A DNA stretch of 64,000 bases, taken from positions 960,001 through 1,024,000 of the forward strand of contig CAXXJJ010000004.1 of the NCBI GenBank assembly GCA_963667015.2, given 5' to 3'. Position 1 is the stretch's first letter; every line of letters begins with the position of its first letter. Both the position numbers and the translations under genes were made by a program. The DNA comes from Desulfatiglandales bacterium (lineage in GTDB: Bacteria; Desulfobacterota; DSM-4660; Desulfatiglandales; HGW-15). This document shows, in pieces, positions 40,225 through 50,584 of this stretch. The notes under the pieces are model-generated. The model saw nothing but the letters and a program-made list of their open reading frames with translations. It had not been told where the DNA came from and ran no database searches.

Positions 40225-40659
40225 CTAACCCGCTAACAGCCCTGCATCATCAAGTTTTTTTCTGAGTTCAACGACCTCTTTTCGCAGATCAAAGAGTTCA
40301 ACACACTGCCTGATGGTTGACCTGACATCCTCCATCTCCCATGGCTTGGTCAAATACCTGTATATTCCCCCTCTATTTACAAGATTCAGGATCAGCTTTA
40401 CATCGGAATGGCCGGAAAGTACTACCCTTATCATTTCCGGATATAATTCCTGAACCCTGGCAAGCAGCTCAAAACCATCCATCCTGGGCATTTTTATGTC
40501 GGATATTATTACCTTGCAGGTGTTTTCCGTTAGTATTTCCAGGGCCTCCTCTCCTCCTTCTGCATAAAACACGTTATATGGCTCTATTCTCAGTTCTCTT
40601 TTAATGGAAGACAAAACTTCCTTTGTGTCATCAACAATGATTATGTTTGAATTTTTCAT
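40225..40659 (-). CDS. Stand-alone response regulator receiver protein
   Basis: IVDD, ISDIKMPRMDG, LSG, TKPW. Confidence 0.92.
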   Translation of the reverse strand: MKNSNIIIVDDTKEVLSSIKRELRIEPYNVFYAEGGEEALEILTENTCKVIISDIKMPRMDGFELLARVQELYPEMIRVVLSGHSDVKLILNLVNRGGIYRYLTKPWEMEDVRSTIRQCVELFDLRKEVVELRKKLDDAGLLAG

Positions 40660-40706
40660 TATTCCTTATCTCCATAAAGCAAATCCAAAACAATGAGATG
40701 CAGGAT

Positions 40707-41699
40707 TTAATTCTTTATCCCTATTATAAGACCTGTACTCCTGGTCTCTTTTCTTTCAACAAACGTCATGCCTGCCTGCTCCAGCCAGTCCTTCACCTCC
40801 GATTCGGTGTATGTATCACCCGAGTCTGTATTAACAAGCATATTAAGAGAAAAAAACGCACCGAATGGAGGATGGATCCGGTCATCATCCATGATAAAAT
40901 CCGATATTACTATTCTCCCTCTCCTGTTCAGTGCACTGCTAGATTTTTTAATCAGTTCGATATTCTGTTCCGGTGAATTGATATGAATAATAGCCGACAG
41001 AAATACCAGATCATAGCCAGCCGGAAGTTCATCAGTATTATAATTTCCGGGTATTGTGTCTATCTTTCCTTCAAGGCCTTCATTACGCACATATTTTTCC
41101 GTCATAGCAACCACATTGGGCAGGTCGAAGACTGTTGAGCAGATATTTTCGGCCGCCCTTACAAATGCCATTGAATAGGCACCAGAACCTCCTCCTACAT
41201 CGAGGACTTTTTTTACCCCTGAAAGATCTATCTGATCAATAAGGGACGGTGCCTCACTGAATGCGCGGCTGTGCATGGCTGCTATAAACGGTTTAAACCA
41301 TTTGTCATCCCTTTCCGCTACAGGGTTTATTTTTACGGATTTGCCGGTTTTTACTGATTCACTGAGATTGCCCCATGAATCCCATAAATTTACAGAATGC
41401 ATTATACCGCCCTGGAATTCAGGTTTTCCTTCGATAAGATACTGCTTTGCAGCCTCTGAGTTATAAAACACCCCATTTTTCTTTTTTACTGCCCCGGTAA
41501 CACACAGGGCATTTAAAAGACGATTTGTCGCTCTTGGATCAGCCTTTATCTCACTGGCCACCTGATCGGAGGATTTTTCATCCTCACCAAGCACGGTAAA
41601 TATCCCCAGTTCAAAACCTGTAAGAAATACCCTGCTCTGCTGAAATGATCTTGACAAAAAGTTAATGTCATTGAAAGAAAATCTGGCCTTTTTATTCAT
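40707..41699 (-). CDS. SAM-dependent O-methyltransferase (dimerisation domain + methyltransferase type 2)
   Basis: LDVGGGSG, VFDLP, LSAIIH, SLNML. Confidence 0.88.
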   Translation of the reverse strand: MNKKARFSFNDINFLSRSFQQSRVFLTGFELGIFTVLGEDEKSSDQVASEIKADPRATNRLLNALCVTGAVKKKNGVFYNSEAAKQYLIEGKPEFQGGIMHSVNLWDSWGNLSESVKTGKSVKINPVAERDDKWFKPFIAAMHSRAFSEAPSLIDQIDLSGVKKVLDVGGGSGAYSMAFVRAAENICSTVFDLPNVVAMTEKYVRNEGLEGKIDTIPGNYNTDELPAGYDLVFLSAIIHINSPEQNIELIKKSSSALNRRGRIVISDFIMDDDRIHPPFGAFFSLNMLVNTDSGDTYTESEVKDWLEQAGMTFVERKETRSTGLIIGIKN

Positions 41700-41894
41700 A
41701 TCAATACCTCCGCAAAGGTTGAATGACCATTATAATGAAAAAATTAATCTGCGGGCCTGGAGGAAATATATTTTTAATTTTTGATAATACATGCGCATTT
41801 GAATTGAAGCAAATGTTTTATTTATATAGTTCCTTTTGACATGAATTATAAAAGCTCATATAATCCGCCAAAATAAATGTTAACGGGGGTAGCT

Positions 41895-43226
41895 ATGGAT
41901 AAAAGCTGGAATGATTTATCACCTGAAGAAAAACGTGAAAAACGGTTTGAGAAATGGCTTTCCACAGAAAACAGGCAATTCAACAGTCCGGATGCTGAAC
42001 AGAAATATAAAGAAATAGTTACGAGGTTCATTAAGGTCTTTAAACTTGAAGAGCCGGACCGGGTTCCTGTCATGCTTCCTACCGGCACAACCCCAATATA
42101 TATGGCCGGGATGACATACAAGGAAGCAATGTATGACAGCGAAAAACTCATCAAGGCCTACGAAAATGTATTCAATATCTTTAAAGGAGACAATTTCGCA
42201 TCCCCCATGATCCATTCCGGTAAATCCGCAGATTTACTGGACACAAAAACATCTAAATACCCCGGTCATGGCCTTCCTGATGACGGCCATGGCAGCCAGT
42301 TTGTTGAGGGTGAGTATATGAAGGCCGATGAGTATGACATGTTCATCAATGATATGTCTGATTTTATTTTAAGGCGTTATCTGCCGCGAACACTTGGTTT
42401 GCTGGAACCTTTTCAAAATTTTCCGCCGCTGCCCAATTCACTTGGATTTCCCAGCATGTTTTTAGGTCCCATGTCCAATCCGCAGGTCCAGGATATGCTG
42501 CTGAAACTGGTCGAATACGGCAAGGAAAATGCCAAATGGCAGATGCCTATTATGAAGTTCCATCAGATGGCCCAGGCCGAGGGATATCCTTCAATGATGG
42601 GTGCATTTGCTCATGCTCCATTTGACCTTATGGGTGATACCCTCAGGGGTACCCATGGAATTATCATGGATATGTATCGTCAGCCGGAGAAGCTTCACAA
42701 GGCAATGGAAAAACTTGTTCCGCTCAATATTAATATTGCAGTAACCGCAGCAGATATGTCAGGAGTTCCGATTGCCATGTTTCCCCTTCACAAGGGCGAC
42801 GATACAATGATGTCTGACAAGCAGTACAGAGAATTTTACTGGCCGACATTCAGAAAAGTACTGATAGGCATTATTGAACAGGGAGTTGTGCCTTTGTTAT
42901 TTGCCGAAGGTAAATATAATGAACGGCTTGAGATTATAAAGGATTTACCCAGATCCGGAGTCGTATGGTACTTTGATCAGACAGATATGTTTAAAGCTAA
43001 GGAAATACTCGGTGATACCGCATGCATCATGGGCAATGTCCCGACCTCCCTTCTGTGCACAGGTAAACCACAGGAAATTAAGGAATACTGCCGCAAGCTG
43101 ATAGAAGTATGTGGAAAAGGCGGAGGCTATATTCTGGCTGGGGGCGCATCGCTGGATAAGGGGATACCTGATAATATCCATGCAATGAGTGAAGCAGCAT
43201 TTGAATATGGAGTCTATAAAAAATAA
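41895..43226 (+). CDS. Uroporphyrinogen decarboxylase / methylcobamide methyltransferase family protein
   Basis: EPDRVPV, APFD.MGDTLRG, DMYRQPE, PLHKG, CIMGNVP, GGYIL. Confidence 0.82.
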   Translation: MDKSWNDLSPEEKREKRFEKWLSTENRQFNSPDAEQKYKEIVTRFIKVFKLEEPDRVPVMLPTGTTPIYMAGMTYKEAMYDSEKLIKAYENVFNIFKGDNFASPMIHSGKSADLLDTKTSKYPGHGLPDDGHGSQFVEGEYMKADEYDMFINDMSDFILRRYLPRTLGLLEPFQNFPPLPNSLGFPSMFLGPMSNPQVQDMLLKLVEYGKENAKWQMPIMKFHQMAQAEGYPSMMGAFAHAPFDLMGDTLRGTHGIIMDMYRQPEKLHKAMEKLVPLNINIAVTAADMSGVPIAMFPLHKGDDTMMSDKQYREFYWPTFRKVLIGIIEQGVVPLLFAEGKYNERLEIIKDLPRSGVVWYFDQTDMFKAKEILGDTACIMGNVPTSLLCTGKPQEIKEYCRKLIEVCGKGGGYILAGGASLDKGIPDNIHAMSEAAFEYGVYKK

Positions 43227-43240
43227 ATAAGGAGAATCAA

Positions 43241-44368
43241 ATGGCAAAAAAATCATACCACAGTATTTGTGCATGGACATTTAACGCCGGCAAAGGAGGT
43301 TTCACTCCATATGATACGCGCGCAGCTTGGAGTGGCGACAAACTGGATACCGTTGGTAAAATCAAACTGACAAATGAGAAAATTCGTCCACGCCTGCCGG
43401 ATAACGTAGAGCTGGGCTTTGAAATTCATTATGACTATGAATACTGTGAAGACAATGCAGCAGCCATAGCAGACACACTATGTGAAACAGGTATTTCACT
43501 CGCAATGGCAACTCCCGGGGCGCACAGATATTTCCCATATGGCGGTATATGTTCACCCGACCCGGAAGAGAGAAAAGCCGCCAATGACTATGGCGCAAGA
43601 TCTTTAAAAATTGCCTATGGCGACCTGAAGAAGGCATGGAATAAAGAGATTCCGCCTACATTTGTTCTCTGGAACGGCTCATATGGTTATGATCTGGCCT
43701 CTGTAGGTATTCAGCGTATGTATCAATTCCTCAAAGAAAGTGTCGCCGAGCTCTGCAGCCTTGAAAAGTCCCTTGGGGGGGAAATGTACATGGCTATAGA
43801 GCCAAAACCCAATGAGGGTTATCCGGCAATGTTTCTCCCTACAGTGGCAAGCGCTATTGTATTCTGGAAAAAACTCCAGGAGGAATATGGCATTGATATA
43901 GATAAAAAAGGTCTGAATAAGGAATTCGGACACTCCGAAATGATAGGCCTCGATCATGTGTATGATACCGTAGAAGAGATAGACAACAATATGCTGATGC
44001 ACATGCATGTAAACAGCCAGGGTTACAATGACGGCCTGATTATGGGCGGGCCCGGCAAATTTGATATTGATAATGGTGCAAGGATAAACGGCATGAATAT
44101 CGCCATTGCAGGACTTATCGATCAGGCAGGTTTTAACCGCTGGAAAGGCCATGACATGCAGGTGAGGGCACATGACACCGAAGAACAGGGAATAGATCGG
44201 GTGATAAGGAGCATACTGAGCTGGGAAGCATGTGAAAAGGCGGCAGCAGACCTTGATTACGATAAACTCTGGGAATACCTGTCCGGCAGAGAAACCGCAA
44301 AGGCTGAGGATCTTATGAGAGACTCTGTTGTACGTGCCTGCGGTTATTTTAATGAGATGTACAAATAA
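43241..44368 (+). CDS. xylA: Xylose isomerase-like protein (short, class I-like, divergent)
   Basis: WTF, EPKPNE, NKEFGHSEMIG, KFDID; next to xylulokinase and GH3 genes. Confidence 0.72.
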   Translation: MAKKSYHSICAWTFNAGKGGFTPYDTRAAWSGDKLDTVGKIKLTNEKIRPRLPDNVELGFEIHYDYEYCEDNAAAIADTLCETGISLAMATPGAHRYFPYGGICSPDPEERKAANDYGARSLKIAYGDLKKAWNKEIPPTFVLWNGSYGYDLASVGIQRMYQFLKESVAELCSLEKSLGGEMYMAIEPKPNEGYPAMFLPTVASAIVFWKKLQEEYGIDIDKKGLNKEFGHSEMIGLDHVYDTVEEIDNNMLMHMHVNSQGYNDGLIMGGPGKFDIDNGARINGMNIAIAGLIDQAGFNRWKGHDMQVRAHDTEEQGIDRVIRSILSWEACEKAAADLDYDKLWEYLSGRETAKAEDLMRDSVVRACGYFNEMYK

Positions 44369-44448
44369 AAACATGGTTCACGGTTTAAGGTTCAAGGTGC
44401 AGGGGTAAAAGAAAAAACTCTCGCATCATAATTCTTTTTTAATTTAAC

Positions 44449-44522
44449 TGTCATTTCGACCAACGGGAGAAATCTTAAAAAATTTCTTATTATTAAGATC
44501 TCTCCTTTCAGTCGAGATGCCA
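44449..44522. repeat. GTCATTTCGAC-type inverted repeat element
   Basis: TGTCATTTCGAC...GGAGAAATCTTAA ... TTAAGATCTCTCC...GTCGAGATGCCA. Confidence 0.6.
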
Positions 44523-44608
44523 GTTTGTTTTTGTATATTTACTTCCTGAAATAGTATTAAAGAATCAAACAAAAAATAACCGAATATATACCTAATTTTG
44601 GAGACAAC

Positions 44609-46209
44609 ATGTCATCATCCTATTCACTTGGTATCGAATTCAGCACACAGTCAGTCAAACTGGTTGTTCTTGATCTTGATAATACTGATATCGCCTTCAG
44701 CGATTCATTCAACTATGATCAGGCATTTCCTGAATATAAAACTGAGGGAGGTGTGTTGCCCTCGCCCGATGAAGAAATACGGTATACCTCACCATTTATG
44801 CTGATTGAAGCTGTTGATCTTGCATTTAAAAGGCTTTCTGAAAGCGGGATTGACATATCCTTAATTAAGGCCATAAAGTGTGATGGCATGCAGCACTGTA
44901 CGGTTTATGCTGACTCTTCTTTCGGTAAAACCATATCTTCTCTTGACCCTGATCAGGATCTTCTCAAACAGATTGGCTCCTGTATATCACGTCCTGCATC
45001 GCCCATATGGGAAGACAGGAGCACAGCCAAAGAAGCGGAATATCTAACTGAAGCGCTGAAAGGCGAAGGAGGTATATTGAACATTACCGGAAACAGGGCC
45101 GAACTTCGGTTCCCTGCCCCGCAGATTTTAAAATGGGCCTCGGAAAACCGTAATGAGTATGAAAACACCTCAAATATTTTTATATTAAGCGCATTTGTAA
45201 CTTCAATACTTTCAGGTAAAATATCAGCAGTTGATACCGGTGACGGATGGGGGGCAAACCTCAATAACCTTGATATTAATAACCCCGGCTGGAGCAGCAG
45301 GGTTATTTCGGTTATGGACAAATATCTTGCAAAAGCAGGGAGTAACTCACCCCTGTCCTCAAGACTTGGTGAAATTGATCATTACGACGCTGATGCCGGG
45401 TTTATAAACAACTATTTCATTAAAAAAATACGGGTTATCACCTGATACTGCCATATTAACCGGTACAGGTGACAACCCTGCTACTCTCCTGGGCTGCGGC
45501 GGTAAAATTGTTGTATCCCTTGGAAGTAGCTACACGGTCAATGGTGTTATGGAAAAGATTATTCCTTCGGAAAATGAGGAATATAACATATTCGGGTATA
45601 CAAGAGGAAAGGCAATGGCCCTGTCTGTAATCACCAATGGCGCAAAGGTTCATGACCATTTTTTACAGGAATATCTGAGTAAGTCAGAGGATAAATCCGC
45701 TGACAGCACAGACTGGGAGGAATATATAAAAATAGCAGGTTCTCCCGATCTCTCACCTGAAGAAAAAATACTTTTGCCCTATCTCTTCGATGAATCAGTA
45801 CCATTAAGGAGAAAAGGCATTGTACGGGAAAATTTCAATGAAGATTCCGGAGAGGAAAACGTAAGGGCATTAATCCTGTCCCAGGTTCTTTCACTGAAGC
45901 TTCATTCAGGCCATCTGGGGGATGTTAAGGAGTTGTGCGTTGTCGGAGGAGGAGCAGGAAACAGCCTCATGATGCAGTGGATAGCGGATGCCTTTGGTGC
46001 TGAGACCTATACTATTGAAAACTTTGCTGTTGCGGCCCCATTGGGGTGTGCAGTCAGCGCAGCGGTAAAGGCCCTTAATATTTCATATGAAGAAGCAGCA
46101 GAAAAAGTTTGTACGAAAAGACCCGGCATCCATAAAAAAACCTCTTCCGGAAAACGTAAAGGTAATGCAGGGGCTTGTTAAACGATATCATGAACTTGAG
46201 AACAGGTGA
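44609..46209 (+). pseudogene. xylB: Xylulokinase (FGGY family) with two apparent +1 homopolymer frameshifts (possibly assembly errors)
   Basis: STQSVK, GMQH, WEDRST, TGDNPAT, VSLGSS, VGGGA; removing one A at 45422-45428 and one at 46102-46106 gives a continuous frame to TGA 46209. Confidence 0.78.
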
Positions 46210-46224
46210 TACTGAAAGGATAAG

Positions 46225-48552
46225 ATGATGACCACACCCATCTATAAGGACCCGACAAAATCAACTGATCAGAGAGTAAAGGACCTCCTGGATAAAATGA
46301 ATCTTGAAGAAAAGATCCTTCAGCTCACATCCATATGGCTCTCATTTGATCCTGAAAAGGGTGATATGGCTCCGTCCATTATGGGAGCGGATCTGGATGA
46401 AATGGCAGGCGGTATTGATATTGATTACTACCTTGGATCAGGCATTGGGCAGATCACCAGGGCCTTTGGAAGCAGGCCAATTGACCCGGTTATCGGCGCC
46501 GGAACGGTCAACCGGATCCAGAAAAGAGTTATGGAAGAATCACGCCTGGGCATCCCTGTAATCTGTCATGAGGAGTGTCTCAGCGGCCTGATGGCCCAGG
46601 GAGCCACCTCCTTTCCTTCTCCGGTAAATTATGGTTCCACATGGGAGCCGGAACTGATCCAGCAGGTGGGAGATGTTATAAGGCGCCAGATGAGATCACT
46701 GGGCACTCACCAGGGTCTTGCGCCTGTATGCGATGTTGCAAGGGACGCACGATGGGGCAGAGTCGAGGAAACAATTGGTGAAGACCCCTATCTTGTCGGG
46801 GTAATGGTCACAAATTACGTTAAAGGCCTTCAGGGCAATGATCTTAAAAAAGGTATAATTGCCACCCTCAAACATTTTGCGGGTTATTCATTCAGCGAGG
46901 GGGGAAGAAATTTTGCCCCTGTGCATGCTGGAAGACGTGATTTAATGGACGTGTTTTTTATTCCCTTTGAAATGGCAGTTAAAGAAGGAAAGGTGCTGTC
47001 ACTCATGAACGGCTACCATGAGTTTGACGGTGAAGTCCCGGGTGCATCCCGATGGCTTTTAACAGAAGTCCTCAGGGATCAATGGGGCTTTGCCGGATTT
47101 ACCGTATCTGATTATGGCTCAATTACCTTTCTGCATAATATGCACAGGATCGTTGAAACACACAAAGAGGCGGCAGCGGCAGCGCTCAAAGCGGGCCTTG
47201 ACGTTGAACTGCCCAACCCTACCATGTATCCCCGGGGGCTCAAGGATGCCCATTCAGACGGATTAATAACCGAAGATGACATCAACCTTGCAGTATCAAG
47301 GGTGCTAAGACTGAAGTTTGAGCTCGGGCTGTTTGAAAATCCATATGTGGATCCGGAGGCGATCAACCTGGATCTTCCGGAGGAGCGTGCACTTGCGTCA
47401 AAGATTGCGGAAAAATCCATAACACTTTTATCCAACAGAGGAGTGCTCCCCATTTCACCGGACGTTAACAGGATAGCCATCATTGGCCCAAACGCCCACA
47501 ATATTATGGCACTGTTCGGGAACTACAGTTTTGAGAACCACGTTGTATCCACACACTATAACGATATGGCTGAAGAGGTAATATCTGCGCCTACTGTCCT
47601 TGACAGGCTCAGGGAAAAGATCGGCGAAGAGAGGGTTCTCTATGCGCAGGGGTGCAATATCCTTGATAATGACCTGGCAATGATACCTGAGGCAGTTGAA
47701 ACGGCTCAAAAGGCCGATCTTGTCGTACTTGCAGTAGGAGACAAGGCAGGCCATTTCAGGAGAGGCACGGTTGGTGAGGGCACAGACACTCCCGATCTTT
47801 CACTGCTAGGAGGTCAGGAACAGCTTGTAAAGGCTATTTTTGAAACAGGAAAACCTGTTGTAATTGTCCTGCTTAATGGAAGGCCCTTTGCCATACCAGA
47901 AATAGCAGAAAAGGCATCCGCTATTGTTGAGGCATGGTTCCCTGGTCAGGAAGGTGCAGGTATAATAGTTGATACTCTTTTCGGAGACTTAAATCCCGGG
48001 GGAAAAACAATACTGACATTCAGCCGGTCGGCGGGTGTTCAACCTTTATTTTATAACCACAAATTTCTGGCTCCGGGGTTTCCAAAACTTCCTGAATTTG
48101 AACCGGTGTTTCCATTCGGTCATGGCCTGAGCTATACGGAATTTACCTACAGCGATCTTGAACTTTCTTCACCTGAAATACCTGTTGATGGTGAGATTGA
48201 AATCAGCGTTAGGATAGAAAACAGCGGACACAGAACAGGAGAGGAAGTTGCACAGCTTTATATCAACGATCCTGTAGCAACTGTTCCAAGACCGGTTAAA
48301 GAACTTAAAGGATTTAAAAGAATATCCCTGAAACCCGGAGAGCAGAAAAAAATCACATTTAAAATGTCTGCTGATATGCTTGCATTTACAGGACTGGATT
48401 ATAAAAAGATAATAGAGCCAGGTGAGATAAAAGTAATGATAGGCTCTTCAAGCGAGGATATAAGGCTTGAAACCAGCTTTTTACTTACCGGAGAAAAGAG
48501 GTATCCCGGAGAAGACAGGGAGCTTATGACGAAAGTTAAAGTAGAGGTTTAA
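46225..48552 (+). CDS. Glycoside hydrolase family 3 (beta-xylosidase/glucosidase), no signal peptide
   Basis: SRLGIP..HEECL.G, RWGRVEET, KHFAG, VSDY nucleophile, PFGHGLSYT, Fn3-like C-terminal domain. Confidence 0.93.
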   Translation: MMTTPIYKDPTKSTDQRVKDLLDKMNLEEKILQLTSIWLSFDPEKGDMAPSIMGADLDEMAGGIDIDYYLGSGIGQITRAFGSRPIDPVIGAGTVNRIQKRVMEESRLGIPVICHEECLSGLMAQGATSFPSPVNYGSTWEPELIQQVGDVIRRQMRSLGTHQGLAPVCDVARDARWGRVEETIGEDPYLVGVMVTNYVKGLQGNDLKKGIIATLKHFAGYSFSEGGRNFAPVHAGRRDLMDVFFIPFEMAVKEGKVLSLMNGYHEFDGEVPGASRWLLTEVLRDQWGFAGFTVSDYGSITFLHNMHRIVETHKEAAAAALKAGLDVELPNPTMYPRGLKDAHSDGLITEDDINLAVSRVLRLKFELGLFENPYVDPEAINLDLPEERALASKIAEKSITLLSNRGVLPISPDVNRIAIIGPNAHNIMALFGNYSFENHVVSTHYNDMAEEVISAPTVLDRLREKIGEERVLYAQGCNILDNDLAMIPEAVETAQKADLVVLAVGDKAGHFRRGTVGEGTDTPDLSLLGGQEQLVKAIFETGKPVVIVLLNGRPFAIPEIAEKASAIVEAWFPGQEGAGIIVDTLFGDLNPGGKTILTFSRSAGVQPLFYNHKFLAPGFPKLPEFEPVFPFGHGLSYTEFTYSDLELSSPEIPVDGEIEISVRIENSGHRTGEEVAQLYINDPVATVPRPVKELKGFKRISLKPGEQKKITFKMSADMLAFTGLDYKKIIEPGEIKVMIGSSSEDIRLETSFLLTGEKRYPGEDRELMTKVKVEV

Positions 48553-48582
48553 GGTATATGGCCTACAGTTTAGGGGTATATT

Positions 48583-48610
48583 GCAGGGGCGAATAATTAT
48601 TCGCCCTTAC
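48583..48610. repeat. GTAG-type REP palindrome
   Basis: GCAGGGGCGAATAATTATTCGCCCTTAC between convergent genes. Confidence 0.6.
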
Positions 48611-48623
48611 GATGTTTACAATA

Positions 48624-49139
48624 TTAATGCGACTCTGATTTTGCTCTATTCTCTTTTCTGCCTTCCATCAGAATAAACCAGAACAGGAAGATCGCTCCGA
48701 AGGTTATAAAAAGGTCTGCCACATTAAATATGCCTGTTCTTAAGGAGCCAATACCCATATTCATAAAGTCTACTACCCTTCCCTCATTTAACAGTCTGTC
48801 AATCAAATTTCCGATCCCTCCTCCCAGGATGGCGGAAAGTGCAAAAACCTGCCGGACCGTAAAGCCCTTTGAAAAAACGAGGTAGAAAAACAGTATAACA
48901 AGGAAGACTGCCACCAAAACTGAAAAGACCCAGAAACGTATGCTCTCAGGCACAGCAGCCCCCATGCCAAGAAAACCGCCTGTATTTTCAGCATACTGTA
49001 GAACAAACACATTATGAAAATAAGAGATAATCCCTTTATCCGCAAGGCAGTTATGTGCGATTTTTTTCGTAATCTGATCCAGTATAATCGAAACAAATAA
49101 CATAAGTAATATTACTGCGGCTCTGGTTTTTAGCTTCAT
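48624..49139 (-). CDS. lspA: Signal peptidase II
   Basis: DQITK, NTGGFLG, GNLIDR, VVDF, FNVAD. Confidence 0.95.
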   Translation of the reverse strand: MKLKTRAAVILLMLFVSIILDQITKKIAHNCLADKGIISYFHNVFVLQYAENTGGFLGMGAAVPESIRFWVFSVLVAVFLVILFFYLVFSKGFTVRQVFALSAILGGGIGNLIDRLLNEGRVVDFMNMGIGSLRTGIFNVADLFITFGAIFLFWFILMEGRKENRAKSESH

Positions 49140-49201
49140 ATTCTTTACTTTTTAAAATGTATTAGTATAAATGGCAATATTAACAAACGGCAATATATTA
49201 T

Positions 49202-50203
49202 ATGAGACCTGATAGTGCAATAATGGCAGACAATAAAACTGATAAAATATTTGATCAACTTGAACGACGCCTGGGGAAAAAACACCTTACTGACAGATTA
49301 AAGGCAGAAAAATGGCATACGCTGTTTAAGCGATTGATGCGTGGAGTAATCTTCCGGGAAGATATGGACCCAAAATATATCTTCCTCAAATTATTACTTA
49401 TTCTCGCCGGTAGTTATGACAGGTTAAAATCAAATACTCTCAAATATGCAGTTAATTATCAAACCGCATCATTCAGAAACCTGCCTGAAAAATTTAATGG
49501 ATTAAAGATACTTCACCTCTCGGATATTCATATTGAAGGGATACCTGACAGGGGAGAAAGTCTTGCCGTATTAATATCCGGGCTTGAATATGACCTTTGC
49601 CTTATCACAGGAGATTATCGTTTTTTATCATTCGGTGAGTGTCTTCCAACAATTGAGAAAATAAAGACAATTACAGACAGGATTAAATGCAGGTATGGAA
49701 TCCTTGGTATACTCGGTAACCATGATTCAATAAATATGGTGCCTGAACTGGAATCTATCGGGGTCAGGATGCTGATAAACGAATCACATATGATTGTCGA
49801 AGACTGTGACTGTATCTGTATTGCAGGTGTGGATAATCCATCCTTCCACACATGTGCCAAGCTATCAAAGACCCTCAGACATGTACAGGATGAAGATTTT
49901 ACCATCCTTCTCGCACACTCTCCCTGCCTTTTAAGAGAGGCAGCAAAAAGAAATGTCGATTATTATCTTTGCGGCCATACACACGGAGGGCAGCTATGTC
50001 TTCCCGGCGGAAGCCCCATAATAACAAAAGCGAAATGTGAAAGAAGATATTCAGTGGGGGCCTGGACCTACAGGGGCATGAAAGGTTACACATCAAGCGG
50101 CGCCGGGACATCAGGTCTGCCTGTAAGGCTGCACTGCCCTCCTGAAGTAACCTTACATACCCTTGTTAAAAACAGTAAGGACGAAAAATCTTTAGTCCTG
50201 TAA
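49202..50203 (+). CDS. Metallophosphoesterase (YkuE-like)
   Basis: SDIH, TGD, GNHD, LAHSP, GHTHGGQ. Confidence 0.9.
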   Translation: MRPDSAIMADNKTDKIFDQLERRLGKKHLTDRLKAEKWHTLFKRLMRGVIFREDMDPKYIFLKLLLILAGSYDRLKSNTLKYAVNYQTASFRNLPEKFNGLKILHLSDIHIEGIPDRGESLAVLISGLEYDLCLITGDYRFLSFGECLPTIEKIKTITDRIKCRYGILGILGNHDSINMVPELESIGVRMLINESHMIVEDCDCICIAGVDNPSFHTCAKLSKTLRHVQDEDFTILLAHSPCLLREAAKRNVDYYLCGHTHGGQLCLPGGSPIITKAKCERRYSVGAWTYRGMKGYTSSGAGTSGLPVRLHCPPEVTLHTLVKNSKDEKSLVL

Positions 50204-50281
50204 TGCCTTCAAAGTAATCTTGACTGAATGCACAATAATAATGTAATTTATACGGCATAAATCCCATCACAGGAGATAAAA

Positions 50282-50584
50282 ATGCCCTGGACAAAAATCC
50301 TGTTAAGCGATGATCAGGTTAAGACAGGTGAAATAAAACGTCTGCAGACTAAATTCAGAGATATTTTTCATAAGGCAGGCATGCCAACGGATATGGCCCT
50401 GTTTGCCGGTCAGCCCACCGATACAGGATACTATCCCTTTTACCTGAGTCCGGCATGCTCCAAGGTATCTGATGGTCTTCTTTCTGAATATGCCGGAGTT
50501 GCCTGCGATAAGCCCAAAAAGAACGGTCTTGAACCCACGATGGTTATAGGTTTTAAGCAGGGATGGGATATGCTGCTGGAGTAA
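50282..50584 (+). CDS. Hypothetical protein
   Basis: 100-codon ORF with AGGAG RBS. Confidence 0.65.
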   Translation: MPWTKILLSDDQVKTGEIKRLQTKFRDIFHKAGMPTDMALFAGQPTDTGYYPFYLSPACSKVSDGLLSEYAGVACDKPKKNGLEPTMVIGFKQGWDMLLE

